64,000 bases of DNA from Candidatus Kapaibacterium sp. (GTDB lineage: Bacteria > Bacteroidota > Ignavibacteria > Kapaibacteriales > UBA2268): contig OY761611.1 of the NCBI GenBank assembly GCA_963664875.1, positions 3,328,001 to 3,392,000 on the forward strand, in the 5' to 3' direction. Below, piece by piece: positions 41,225 to 51,375 of this stretch. Position numbers and translations under genes: made by a program. Every line of letters begins with the position of its first letter. Positions within the stretch are counted from its first letter, which is position 1. The notes beneath the pieces were generated by a model. The model was not told the DNA's origin. It searched no databases and saw nothing but the letters and a program-made list of their open reading frames with translations.

Positions 41225-41677
41225 ATGAAAATGATTCGATACACATACTTAGTACTGCTTCTGCTGATGGTGGGTTGTCTTGCAAAGCCACAACAACCTG
41301 AGTTAGTAAAAGAAGAGCTTGAGTTGTTTGAATATATCAAAAAAGAATCGGGATCAACTTGGGTAAGGCGAGAACTATATCCCATTTGTGCAGACGAGGA
41401 TAATAAGTTGTTTAAAGATCCAGAGTATAGTTTATACATACACCTTTCCTGTGATAAGTTAAAAGATGAAGATAAATTGGCAAATTTCACTAAACAAATA
41501 GCCCCAAAAATCGAATTGCTTATTTTTTCTCCTGATTTTAAATATAATTACAGACAGCAATGGAATTTTATTAGTGTTACATATTTTTGTTATCCTACAA
41601 TCGGTTTAACAAAGTCAGTGTCTTTTGAAATAAAGAACGGGAAAGTTTATCGAGGCGATATTCTTGTAAAGGACTGA
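41225..41677 (+). CDS. Tandem-array lipoprotein copy 4
   Basis: Near-identical repeat. Confidence 0.8.
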   Translation: MKMIRYTYLVLLLLMVGCLAKPQQPELVKEELELFEYIKKESGSTWVRRELYPICADEDNKLFKDPEYSLYIHLSCDKLKDEDKLANFTKQIAPKIELLIFSPDFKYNYRQQWNFISVTYFCYPTIGLTKSVSFEIKNGKVYRGDILVKD

Positions 41678-41711
41678 AGCCCCTTTTTCAGTGAGTCTGT
41701 CTCTTGAACAA

Positions 41712-41908
41712 GGGGCTGTCTCAGAAGTCTGAGTTTTGTCATACTCTTTAGTAAAAGTAGAAGAAAAACAAACGCTATATTTTCTTCGACCGCAAGCTAA
41801 AGCATGCGGTTGCAATGAGTTACACTAGTGCAACCGACTGCTTCAGCTGTCGGTAAAACTTACAAACATCAAGAATATGTTGCAAATTTTGACTTCTGAG
41901 ACAGCCTC
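41712..41908. mobile_element. 197-bp MITE copy 2
   Basis: TIRs GGGGCTGTCTCAGAAGTC / GACTTCTGAGACAGCCTC; body matches 21310..21506; CAA on both flanks. Confidence 0.85.
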
Positions 41909-41974
41909 CAATAAAGAAGATATAAACTTTAGTAGATTTTAAAATGACTATTTTGAGGTTTATGATAGAATAAC

Positions 41975-42892
41975 CTACCCACAACACCCGCTCTGCTTAC
42001 ACTCACTATCCTCAGCTTCGGGTTCTAAGGTGGCGTGGGCTATTTTGTGATGAGCAAGCTCGTGCTTGATTTCATCACGGATTGTGTCCCAGTTGTCCAT
42101 ATTGCAGTCTTCTAATATGATGTGGGCTGTAAGTGCATTTTCGGTGGAGGAAAGTGCCCAGATATGAATATGGTGCGCATCTTTCACTCCTGCGACAGAA
42201 AGTATTTCTTCTTTTATTTCATGCGAATCTATATCTTTCGGGATAGCGTCTAACACAAGGCGGAGACTCTCTTTCAGTAGCCCCCAGGTCGAAATCAGTA
42301 TCACTGCTGCAATTGCAAGACTTATAATTGGGTCAATGATAAACCAGTCGGTGTAGTAAATCACAAGCCCGGAAATAACCACTCCAACCGACACAAGAGC
42401 ATCAACAAGCAAATGCAAAAACGCACCTTTTATGTTTATGTCCTGCTTTTGACCTTTGTAAAAGAGGAAGGCTGAAATAGTATTGATAAATACACCTATC
42501 CCGGCAACTATCACAATCGCCATACCTCCAAGCTCAGTAGGGGCAAGCAGCCTTTCGATAGACTCTTTGATAATGCCAACAACAACTACTATCAGCAATA
42601 TTGCATTGACTAATGAAGCAAAAAGTGATGCTTTTTTATATCCATAAGTAAAAGTTTTGCGGGCAACTGCACCTGCCAGCTTCATACCTATAAGAGATAT
42701 AAAAAGACTTGCCACGTCGCTCAGATTATGGCTCGCATCAGACAGCAAAGCAAGCGAACCGTAAACATAGCCCATAATATATTCTAAAATAGTAAAGCTC
42801 AGATTGAGAGCTATACCAATATAAAATGCTCTGTTTAGATTTTCAGGGCTAACTGCGTGATGCTCGTGCCCGTGATGTGAGTGATCGTGCAT
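41975..42892 (-). CDS. Cation diffusion facilitator (CzcD/ZitB-like)
   Basis: His-rich N-terminus, SLALLSDASHNLSD, GAFLHLLVD, HHIHIW. Confidence 0.93.
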   Translation of the reverse strand: MHDHSHHGHEHHAVSPENLNRAFYIGIALNLSFTILEYIMGYVYGSLALLSDASHNLSDVASLFISLIGMKLAGAVARKTFTYGYKKASLFASLVNAILLIVVVVGIIKESIERLLAPTELGGMAIVIVAGIGVFINTISAFLFYKGQKQDINIKGAFLHLLVDALVSVGVVISGLVIYYTDWFIIDPIISLAIAAVILISTWGLLKESLRLVLDAIPKDIDSHEIKEEILSVAGVKDAHHIHIWALSSTENALTAHIILEDCNMDNWDTIRDEIKHELAHHKIAHATLEPEAEDSECKQSGCCG

Positions 42893-42912
42893 AGTGCTGT
42901 CTGGTTTAGTTT

Positions 42913-43389
42913 TTATTTGGTGTTTTGCAATTCCTGCAATTTTTCAATAACGCTATCTACATGACCTTTGACTTTTACTTTGTCAAAAACATAAGCTATT
43001 TCACCTTCGGGGTTGATGATATATGTTGTCCTTGTTACTCCCAAAAATGTTTTTCCATATAGCTTTTTTTCGCCATATATGTTATATAGCTCACATATAT
43101 GTTTATCTGAATCTGCAATAAGAGTAAAGTTCAAATTTTTATTTTCTACAAATTTGTCATGCGATTTGACAGAATCAGGGCTCACTCCAAAAACGCTTAC
43201 ACCGAGGGAGGTGATTCGTTCCATATTGTCTCTAAAGTCGCAGGCTTCAGTGGTGCAACCGGGCGTATTGTCTTTTGGGTAAAAATAGAGCACAATCCAT
43301 TTGCCGAGTTGCTCATTCAAATCAAAATGCTTACCGCCGTTGGTTTCTGCTTGGAAACTAGGTGCTTTTATTCCGGTACTTAATGCCAT
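42913..43389 (-). CDS. bcp: Thioredoxin-dependent peroxiredoxin Bcp
   Basis: YFYPKDNTPGCTTEACDFRD. Confidence 0.95.
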   Translation of the reverse strand: MALSTGIKAPSFQAETNGGKHFDLNEQLGKWIVLYFYPKDNTPGCTTEACDFRDNMERITSLGVSVFGVSPDSVKSHDKFVENKNLNFTLIADSDKHICELYNIYGEKKLYGKTFLGVTRTTYIINPEGEIAYVFDKVKVKGHVDSVIEKLQELQNTK

Positions 43390-43470
43390 ATTTTATCCTC
43401 AACTAAATTATTAACCACAATATGCAGAAAACACGAAAATCTGCACCGCTTATTGGCAATTGGTAGTAGT

Positions 43471-45792
43471 CTATTTGAAATTCGTCAGATTGAGCACTAC
43501 ATACTCGCTGCCAATGCTAATGTAGAGAAAATACAGACCATCTGAGTACTGCGTCATATCAATTTCAGCACTTATTTCACAAAAACTGAAATCACCGCTT
43601 TTATTGATTATTATATTATCAGGTTCTACTTCAAAGAGTTTACGTCCGAGAGTGTTGTAAACAGAAAGCAAAACAGATTCGTCTTTCTCGGATATATACT
43701 CTAAATATGTAGTAATTTTCCCTTTGTTTTGAGAAAGATGCGAATGTGTAATTCGTGGATATTTCATTTTGACATTAGTAACTTTCACAGGAACTTCGCA
43801 CTTGGTATTTGCATCGAAACTATAAAAAAGCCTTTCGATAGCAACTTCTATTGAGTCATAGTCGCATCGGTCTCTTAGTATAAGTTTGTCTTTCAACTCT
43901 CCGTAGTCAGCGCAGTAAAAATTAACAGTCAACTCAGCAGTGCTGTTTGCAGCAATAACGAGTGGGAATTGAGATTTAGGAATAGAGAAGCAAGTATTAG
44001 TTTCCATAAATGCCTCTTCTAAAACAAATTCCTGATCTGAAGTGTTATTGACTTCAATAGTAAATGAAAGAGGCGAAAGCACTTCCATTTCCCCCAAATC
44101 AATGTTATTTGAGCCTTCCAACGGTATAATAGAAACTTGGTTCTCGATATATTCGTAACTAATAGCAATCGTATCAGAAACACTGCTGCAGCCAAGACTA
44201 TTTTCAGCAACGATATAGTACTCCTCACCGTTCTGAACTTCTAAAGTGGGGGAGTTGCTGATTAATCTCTTTTTGCGATTGTACCAATTGTAGGTCGTTG
44301 CATTTTCAATTTCTGCTTCCAGAATTACGGGTTCATTGCGGCAGGCATTTGACTTGTAGTCTTTAAATTTGACTTCAGGAAGCGGAATAAATTTATATGA
44401 AAAGTTAAACTCCTGCAAGCATCCACTTGTATCTTCAACAACTAAAGTTAAGTCAGTATCAGTGAAAATTTTTCGGGAGACTTCGGCAAAATTATCAGAC
44501 CAAGAGTAAGAAACGACATTAGTTAAATCAGGATTTAGTAAAATTGTATCTCCCACGCACTTAGCCTCAGACAAATCTGAAATATTGAGCTTGGCGGGAG
44601 TTTTCAGATTCAAAGTAATAGTATCAGATATGATAGTGTCGCACTCCATGTTGTAAACACTTAAGATATATGTTCCGGATTGTTTCACCTCTTTTTGCTT
44701 AAACCCCGGAAATCCGTTCCAATCATAGTATTCATAGTCACCTTCGGCTTCTAAAATAAGAGGAGTATTGTCACATAAAGTAGAATCAATTACTTTAATT
44801 TTTGCTTTGTGTTTTTTAGGTAGCTGATACTTATAGATTCCAAGCCCCACTACAAAACCTGTAGTGTCATCAATAAAGTAGATGTCGTCCATGTCGTCTT
44901 CCACCTTTAGTCCACAGTTATAAGACTCCCATGTAAAGCCTGCATCTTTAGTTTGAACAACAGTGTTGTTTCGTCCGCAAACCCAGCCTACACTATCTGA
45001 AATAACAAAAGAACCAAACATCGAAGCCTCTAAATAGGTATCCCTAAAAGTGAACCCACCGTCTAAACTGAAGCGAACTCCACCTTTACCGTTACCTCCA
45101 TGGCAGCCTGTCGAGTAAGGTAATATGAAAGTATTTCCTTTGAAAGATAGCTCTTCGTGCCAATCATTATTACCGGTCGAGTTACGAACAGACCAATTTT
45201 TGCCACCATCGTAGCTTATCCAAATATTACCACTACTAACAGCTAAACCAAGCCCTGTAGTGCTTGTAAGATAAAGATCTGTCATTCCTGTGTTGCTTTC
45301 GTTGTAAATTTGGTTAGTCCAAGTAACACCACCATCAGTGGTCAGATAAAAAATTTGCTGACTGTCCGAGCAGCCACCACCCGTAGCAACTCCATATACT
45401 TCATTGACAAAATAACACCCCCAGACGTACTCATCTAAGCATAATTTCCATGTTGCTCCGCCGTCTGTTGATTTATATAGACCGCTTGGCCCTGAGACAT
45501 AGCCGACATAAGGATTAAGAAAAATAATTGATTCAAAAAAACCGGCTTCGCCATGCTTGTTATAATCTATTTTGGACTCTATCCATGTCTGCCCGCGGTC
45601 AGTAGTTCTGAGAACTCTTGCATCTTTACCACAAATCCATCCATAGTCAGGATTAGCAGGCAGAAAGTAAATGTCTAAAAGAATTCGGCTTGAGTTGTTT
45701 TCTTTAAATATCTTGACCCATTGCGAGAATGATGTTTCGGGAGCAGCAAAGAGAATCAGAGCTACTAAAACGAAATATATTGATTTGAACAT
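43471..45792 (-). CDS. Secreted YCF48/BNR beta-propeller + Ig-like repeat protein with T9SS-like C-terminal domain
   Basis: Repeated T/S-x-DGG-x-T-W boxes, Y-x-W Ig repeats, terminal VYNTLG..GLYFLYI. Confidence 0.8.
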   Translation of the reverse strand: MFKSIYFVLVALILFAAPETSFSQWVKIFKENNSSRILLDIYFLPANPDYGWICGKDARVLRTTDRGQTWIESKIDYNKHGEAGFFESIIFLNPYVGYVSGPSGLYKSTDGGATWKLCLDEYVWGCYFVNEVYGVATGGGCSDSQQIFYLTTDGGVTWTNQIYNESNTGMTDLYLTSTTGLGLAVSSGNIWISYDGGKNWSVRNSTGNNDWHEELSFKGNTFILPYSTGCHGGNGKGGVRFSLDGGFTFRDTYLEASMFGSFVISDSVGWVCGRNNTVVQTKDAGFTWESYNCGLKVEDDMDDIYFIDDTTGFVVGLGIYKYQLPKKHKAKIKVIDSTLCDNTPLILEAEGDYEYYDWNGFPGFKQKEVKQSGTYILSVYNMECDTIISDTITLNLKTPAKLNISDLSEAKCVGDTILLNPDLTNVVSYSWSDNFAEVSRKIFTDTDLTLVVEDTSGCLQEFNFSYKFIPLPEVKFKDYKSNACRNEPVILEAEIENATTYNWYNRKKRLISNSPTLEVQNGEEYYIVAENSLGCSSVSDTIAISYEYIENQVSIIPLEGSNNIDLGEMEVLSPLSFTIEVNNTSDQEFVLEEAFMETNTCFSIPKSQFPLVIAANSTAELTVNFYCADYGELKDKLILRDRCDYDSIEVAIERLFYSFDANTKCEVPVKVTNVKMKYPRITHSHLSQNKGKITTYLEYISEKDESVLLSVYNTLGRKLFEVEPDNIIINKSGDFSFCEISAEIDMTQYSDGLYFLYISIGSEYVVLNLTNFK

Positions 45793-45893
45793 TTTGTTAT
45801 TCCTATGGAATCATTTTTCTATAATGTAGCAAAAAAATATCTTTTTTTATAAGAATTATTTCATTAATATCCATCATTTTTTACAGACTACAA

Positions 45894-48815
45894 ATGAGTA
45901 TGTTTCTTTCTGCTTTTTTCGAAAATAAATCCATAAAAATGCGGTATCTATTGCTAATGCACATGATATTGGCATTTGTTTTCTTGTTTTTTGCCGGGCT
46001 TGAGGTAATAGTTGAGTATTCCGAATGGGAAGAAAAATTCGAAAAGCAAAATAATTTTTTAGCGAATCTTGTAGTAGAAAATAATGAGAACTATCTGTTT
46101 TTACATGATTCTAATCAAGCAAACCAATCTTTACGAATCTTTTCTGAGTATCCGGCTATAGGTGCAATATACATTTTTGACAAAAGCTCATTTTTGTTTG
46201 CAAAGCATTCTAAAATTGAAAATTTGTCTTCACCGGTTGCCTCTGTAGCAGATTTGATGGCTTTTGACCTGAGAAATTATACAATAATAGAGAAAAAAAT
46301 ATATTATAAAACTGAATTGCTTGGCAAAATGTATATGCTTGTGAGCAATGAAACTTATAATGAAGAACTTTATTCAAATATTTTCAGAGAGATTGGGATT
46401 TTTATTTTGTTTCTGTCTATGAGCTTTGTGCTTGCTATTCTGACCTCCAATTATTTATTGCAGCCAATAGAATTGCTTATAGATGCAAGCTTTAAAGCAT
46501 TGAAAGAGAAAGATTACTCGCCAAGGATTAATATCAAAATAGATGAAGACATAGGTATATTATACAACTACTTCAATGAGTTACTTGCAGAATTTGAGCT
46601 ACAGGCTCTTGATTATGAAAAGAACAAAGATGTTTTAAAAGAGTCTATAGAAAATTATAAAGCAATATTCGAAAATGCCGCAAACCCTATTGTCATATAT
46701 GACTATGAGGGCACAATTCTCTTAGTTAACAGGCAATTTGAAAAACTTTCGGGATATACCAAAAACGAACTGGAAAGCTCATGGTCTTGCTTTAATTTCT
46801 TTCTGGGAGAAAGCCGCGAAAAATTTACTCAAGATCACTACGATATGCTTGCCGGTAATCCGTTCTCGGGTGTTCATCACCTGACTCTTAGTACTATAAA
46901 TGCAGAGGAGAGAAAACTCTTTGTTTCTGTCAATCATTTGCCGTCGAGCAACCGTGTTATTGCGTCAATGATTGATTTTACAGATTATAGCATCGCAAGG
47001 AAAGAGTTGCGTGAGAGCCGCGAAAAGTTTGAAGTAATCATGAATACTATCAGTGAGCTGATTTTTACCCTGACCGAAGACGGAGTCATTACATTCTGTT
47101 CTCCTTCGTGGGAAAGTGTTCTTGGCTATTCGCCTGAGGATATGCTCGGGACATATTTGATTGATCTGATACATGAAAATGACAGAGTAACCTTTAAAAA
47201 ACAGCTTGAACAACTTATAATAGCAGGCGAACACACCGGGCTTTATGAATACAGAATCGCTACATCTTCCGGCAGATGGATATGGATGAGTACCGGTTTG
47301 GGTATAACTGCTGACAATCATGGCAATATCCTTACTATCACAGGTACTTCTCAAGATATTACAAAAAGAAAAGCCGCAGAGTTCGAATTGCAAAAAGCAA
47401 AATTTGAAGCGGAATCTGCCAATCGATACAAATCTGAATTCATAGCTAATATGAGCCATGAAATACGTACTCCTTTGAATGCAATATTGGGATTTGCAGA
47501 GTTGATGCTTGATAAAAGCAATGACGCTAATTCAAGGCATAAACTCGAATCTATCATCGCAGGTGGAAATACTTTGCTGGCAATGATTAACGATATTCTT
47601 GATCTATCGAAAATTGAGGCGGGGAAGGTAGAGCTTAAACTTGAAGTAATGAGTATGAGTTACTTACTCAATGATATCAAGCGACTTTTTGAGCCGCAGT
47701 TGAAAAACAAAGGTGTGGAGTTTGTTCTTTCTATTTCGGATGAAATACCTAAGTATATCAAAACCGACGAAGTAAAATTGAAACAAATCCTAATGAATCT
47801 TGTAAGCAATGCCGTAAAATTTACAGATGCAGGAAGAATCAAAATTGACGCAGACATTGTATCTCAGGCAAATTCAAAAACTCTGATAATCAAAGTTAGC
47901 GATACAGGTTTTGGTATTGAAAAGAAAAATCATGAAAAGATATTCCAGGCTTTCCAACAAATTAAAAATGACAGACAAATTCCCGGAACCGGTCTTGGCT
48001 TAGCAATCAGCAAAAGACTTCTTGATATCCTCGGCGGTAGAATCTCTTTCGATAGCGAATCAGGAAAGGGGACTACTTTTGAGATTATTTTGCCAAATAT
48101 TGAAGAAGTTGATTATGTTAAACCAAAGACAGAAACAGTTCAGCAGATGTATGTTTTCGAAAAGGCAGATGTTTTGATAGTCGATGATGTAAAGGAAAAC
48201 AGAGAGGTAATGAAAGAATATCTCGAATCTTTGGGACTTACTGTTTTCGATGCAGAAAGCAAAAATCAAGTATTTAAAGTCTTAGAAAAACGAGATATTA
48301 GATTAATACTAATGGATATCAGAATGCCTGAGATTAGTGGATATGATCTGGCAAATCTCATCAAAGAAGATTCAAAATATAAACATATTAAGATAATTGC
48401 CTTCACGGCTTCTGTCAATTTTGATGAATTTTATATAGCAGCTACTCCTTTTGATGGTGTCTTAGAAAAACCTGTCAATAAACAAGCAATTTACAAAATG
48501 CTTTCCCGAAATTTGGATTACTCAGGAAATACTTCTCAAAAAGAGCATCAGGTTGTAAACCAAGATATTACATTGCTTAACTATAGTGCTCTGATTCCGT
48601 TTAAAGAAACTTTAATTTCTTTTTTATCTAAAGCAGAAGATTCTAATTTCATTGATGATTTTGATATGCTTGGAAAAAAAATACGGGAAATTGCAGATGA
48701 CAATGATAACCATGATTTAAAAAATATAGCCGAAGAAATAAAAATAATTGTCGATAACTTTGATGTGGAAAGCATTCCTAGGGTGCTTACTTTGATAAAA
48801 ATTGCTTATACGTGA
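45894..48815 (+). CDS. Hybrid sensor histidine kinase (TM sensor, HAMP, 2 PAS, HisKA, HATPase, REC)
   Basis: SHEIRTPLN, NAVKFT, GTGLGL, VLIVDD..ILMDIRMP..KP. Confidence 0.95.
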   Translation: MSMFLSAFFENKSIKMRYLLLMHMILAFVFLFFAGLEVIVEYSEWEEKFEKQNNFLANLVVENNENYLFLHDSNQANQSLRIFSEYPAIGAIYIFDKSSFLFAKHSKIENLSSPVASVADLMAFDLRNYTIIEKKIYYKTELLGKMYMLVSNETYNEELYSNIFREIGIFILFLSMSFVLAILTSNYLLQPIELLIDASFKALKEKDYSPRINIKIDEDIGILYNYFNELLAEFELQALDYEKNKDVLKESIENYKAIFENAANPIVIYDYEGTILLVNRQFEKLSGYTKNELESSWSCFNFFLGESREKFTQDHYDMLAGNPFSGVHHLTLSTINAEERKLFVSVNHLPSSNRVIASMIDFTDYSIARKELRESREKFEVIMNTISELIFTLTEDGVITFCSPSWESVLGYSPEDMLGTYLIDLIHENDRVTFKKQLEQLIIAGEHTGLYEYRIATSSGRWIWMSTGLGITADNHGNILTITGTSQDITKRKAAEFELQKAKFEAESANRYKSEFIANMSHEIRTPLNAILGFAELMLDKSNDANSRHKLESIIAGGNTLLAMINDILDLSKIEAGKVELKLEVMSMSYLLNDIKRLFEPQLKNKGVEFVLSISDEIPKYIKTDEVKLKQILMNLVSNAVKFTDAGRIKIDADIVSQANSKTLIIKVSDTGFGIEKKNHEKIFQAFQQIKNDRQIPGTGLGLAISKRLLDILGGRISFDSESGKGTTFEIILPNIEEVDYVKPKTETVQQMYVFEKADVLIVDDVKENREVMKEYLESLGLTVFDAESKNQVFKVLEKRDIRLILMDIRMPEISGYDLANLIKEDSKYKHIKIIAFTASVNFDEFYIAATPFDGVLEKPVNKQAIYKMLSRNLDYSGNTSQKEHQVVNQDITLLNYSALIPFKETLISFLSKAEDSNFIDDFDMLGKKIREIADDNDNHDLKNIAEEIKIIVDNFDVESIPRVLTLIKIAYT

Positions 48816-48926
48816 TGCGTCATTGTCTTGTAAGTTCTATAATATAAAAGAGATAGTGTTGCTTTGAAACATGGCATAAATATTGATTCATCTCTACATA
48901 ATTGTAGAAATTAGGGAGACGATGAT

Positions 48927-49568
48927 ATGTTAAGAATGCTTGCTTATTTTTCTTTATTTGCATTTCTGGCAATAAATACTTATTTTTTAGTAGTAGCTTC
49001 GGACGATATAAATAAAGAGAATGTTTCAAATAGACTTTCATCTTTAGAAAAATCTTACGACGATTGCCTTTACGAATGTTTTTTTGCATTGGACGAATTG
49101 CGACCTTTTGCAATAATTCAGTCAGATAAACTTATACAAATGTATAACAATTCGTGGACTGAACCCAATAAGTTGGCTGAAGTGCTGAGCAGCAACGAAA
49201 AAAGATTATTATTGGCTAAAGTTGCTGAGTTTATCGACGAAAAAGAGGAAATCTCTCAGTCCTTACTCATGAATAAAATAACTAACTGGTGCAGAGTAAG
49301 CAAGTTATTTGAAGTGATAAATACTGACTACGGATATTCACAGTCCGAAATAGTCAGGGTAACTTCCGAGATGGAAGCTACAAGCTATATCTTGCCTAAT
49401 GTAACCCGTCATGTGGCTCAGGCAGATATCAGTAATGAAGCTCTATCCGATATCGAAGAAAACGAAATATACTATAAGACTATCAATCATATAGCGGGAT
49501 TAAAGATAAACACTCAGTTTGAACTTTATTCCGGATTATTTAAAAATTTAGCGAAACAGAGCGAGTAA
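48927..49568 (+). CDS. Hypothetical membrane-anchored protein
   Basis: 213-aa ORF, N-terminal TM, upstream GGGAG, downstream terminator. Confidence 0.65.
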   Translation: MLRMLAYFSLFAFLAINTYFLVVASDDINKENVSNRLSSLEKSYDDCLYECFFALDELRPFAIIQSDKLIQMYNNSWTEPNKLAEVLSSNEKRLLLAKVAEFIDEKEEISQSLLMNKITNWCRVSKLFEVINTDYGYSQSEIVRVTSEMEATSYILPNVTRHVAQADISNEALSDIEENEIYYKTINHIAGLKINTQFELYSGLFKNLAKQSE

Positions 49569-49591
49569 AAAGAAATTCATTTCTTTTTCCG

Positions 49592-49627
49592 GAGCGGGCT
49601 TATAGCGAGAGCTCGCTCTTTTTTTTT
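49592..49627 (+). terminator. Intrinsic terminator
   Basis: GAGCGGGCT..AGCTCGCTC hairpin followed by T-run. Confidence 0.8.
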
Positions 49628-49843
49628 GCCTTTACCGTACAAGACCTAAATTATTCTCCACTTTTCATTCCCAAAATCCACTATTCTTCCTGTTACTTAT
49701 GATAATTCTGATATAAAAAAAAGCATAGAAAATTTCCTATTTGATTTTTTTAATACTAAAATATTTCAATGGTTTATACTACTAAGGGCTGTAAATTTGT
49801 ATCAATTAGATATAGTATGTGAAACAAAAACAATAGTGTTATC

Positions 49844-51037
49844 ATGATTTTTAAAATTACCGACAAGGTTTCCTGGATTGGCAAGATAGACTGGCAGCTT
49901 AGAAAATTTCACGGCGATCAGCTTACGACAAGGCTTGGCTCTTCATACAATGCATACCTTATCAAAGACGAAAAAAACGTAGTTATCGACTCTGTTTACA
50001 AACCTTTTGCTACTGAGTGGATTGACGAACTCAAAAAAGAAATTGATTTAGACAAAATCGATTACATTATTGCAAATCATGGCGAACCCGACCACAGTGG
50101 CGGCTTGCCGGCTCTATTGGAAATTATTCCGAATGTACCTGTGATTTGTACTGCAAATGGTGCTAAAACTCTAAAGGGGCACTACCATAAAGACTGGAAT
50201 TTTCAGGTAGTAAAATCAGGGGACACTCTTAATATTGGCTCTTCGACTCTTACATTCATCGAAGCTCCTATGTTGCACTGGCCGGATACCATGATGACAT
50301 ATATGGATGGCGACGATATTCTGTTTTCTAACGACATATTCGGACAGCATATAGCTTCTGAAAAAATGTGGGCGGACGCTATAGATACTAAAGATTTGTA
50401 CGATGAAGCTATGATCTACTATGCAAATATTGTGGCTCCTTTTTCAAACAAATGCCTCAAAAAAGTGCAGGAATTTAAGGCAATGAATTTGCCTGTGAAA
50501 TATATTTGCCCTGCTCATGGTGTAATGTGGCGCGACAATCCTTCCCAAATCGTAGATACTTACGAAAAATGGGCGGATTCGTATCAGGAAAATCAGATTA
50601 CTTTGATATACGACTCTATGTATGGAAACACTCGTCGCATGGCTGAGTACATCGCCGAAGGCGTGAGAGCTGCAGACAGCGAAGTTTCCATTAAGCTATT
50701 CAATACCTCATCGACTCCATCGAGCGATATTATTACAGAGGTATTCCGTTCTAAAGGCATATTGATTGGTTCTTCTACTGTCAATAATGGTATTTTGAAC
50801 AGCGTTGCCGGAGTTGTCGAAGAAATAAAAGGCATGAAGTTTTCCGGTAAGAAAGGTGCTGCTTTTGGCTCTTACGGCTGGGCACCGGGCTCTGTAAAAA
50901 TAATAACTCAGATGCTTGAAGAAGGCGGTATAGAGATTATAGGCAAGGGATTGAAAGTGCAGTGGAACCCTGACGAAGACGCAAGAAAGCAGTGCTTCGA
51001 GATGGGCAAAGAGTTCGCAGAAGCCTTTACTGCATAA
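49844..51037 (+). CDS. fprA: Flavodiiron protein (FprA/A-type flavoprotein)
   Basis: NHGEPDHSG, LHWPD, PAHG, SMYGNT, AFGSYGW. Confidence 0.93.
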   Translation: MIFKITDKVSWIGKIDWQLRKFHGDQLTTRLGSSYNAYLIKDEKNVVIDSVYKPFATEWIDELKKEIDLDKIDYIIANHGEPDHSGGLPALLEIIPNVPVICTANGAKTLKGHYHKDWNFQVVKSGDTLNIGSSTLTFIEAPMLHWPDTMMTYMDGDDILFSNDIFGQHIASEKMWADAIDTKDLYDEAMIYYANIVAPFSNKCLKKVQEFKAMNLPVKYICPAHGVMWRDNPSQIVDTYEKWADSYQENQITLIYDSMYGNTRRMAEYIAEGVRAADSEVSIKLFNTSSTPSSDIITEVFRSKGILIGSSTVNNGILNSVAGVVEEIKGMKFSGKKGAAFGSYGWAPGSVKIITQMLEEGGIEIIGKGLKVQWNPDEDARKQCFEMGKEFAEAFTA

Positions 51038-51079
51038 GCCCGGATAAATAAATACAATACTCTAAAGTAGTCATAAATT

Positions 51080-51129
51080 AGGCTGCCAGATAAGTAAAAT
51101 ATCGTACTTATTTGGCAGCCTTTTTTTTT
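51080..51129 (+). terminator. Intrinsic terminator
   Basis: AGGCTGCCAGATAAGTA..TACTTATTTGGCAGCCT hairpin followed by T-run. Confidence 0.85.
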
Positions 51130-51222
51130 ATTTACAAAAATTCGATATTTTTGATTAGAAAATGTAAAGAGAAGGAATATAAAGAACTATTTTCCTTTAA
51201 CTCCAAATATGTAAGTTATTAT

Positions 51223-51375
51223 TAAGTATGAGACTGATAGCTGGAAGCCTCGCATAAAAGTTCTTTCAAAAAATGACTACTACCCGTTTGGCATGATGAT
51301 ACCTGAAAATTACTATCAGGATAGCACTACTAAAACTCGTTTCAAGGTCACTGAGCGTAGTCGAAGTGTAATGGT
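51223..51375 (+). repeat. Orphan Rhs-core homology segment 1, frameshifted by a 23-bp REP-like insert at 51346..51368
   Basis: Encodes WKPRIKVLSKNDYYPFGM..TKTRFK; repeated at ~52785 and ~54671. Confidence 0.8.

Noticed and set aside
39859-41677. Diversity-generating retroelement (TR/VR) explanation for the variable copies
   Set aside because: Differences include C/T and G changes and synonymous blocks rather than adenine-only substitutions, and no reverse transcriptase is in the window
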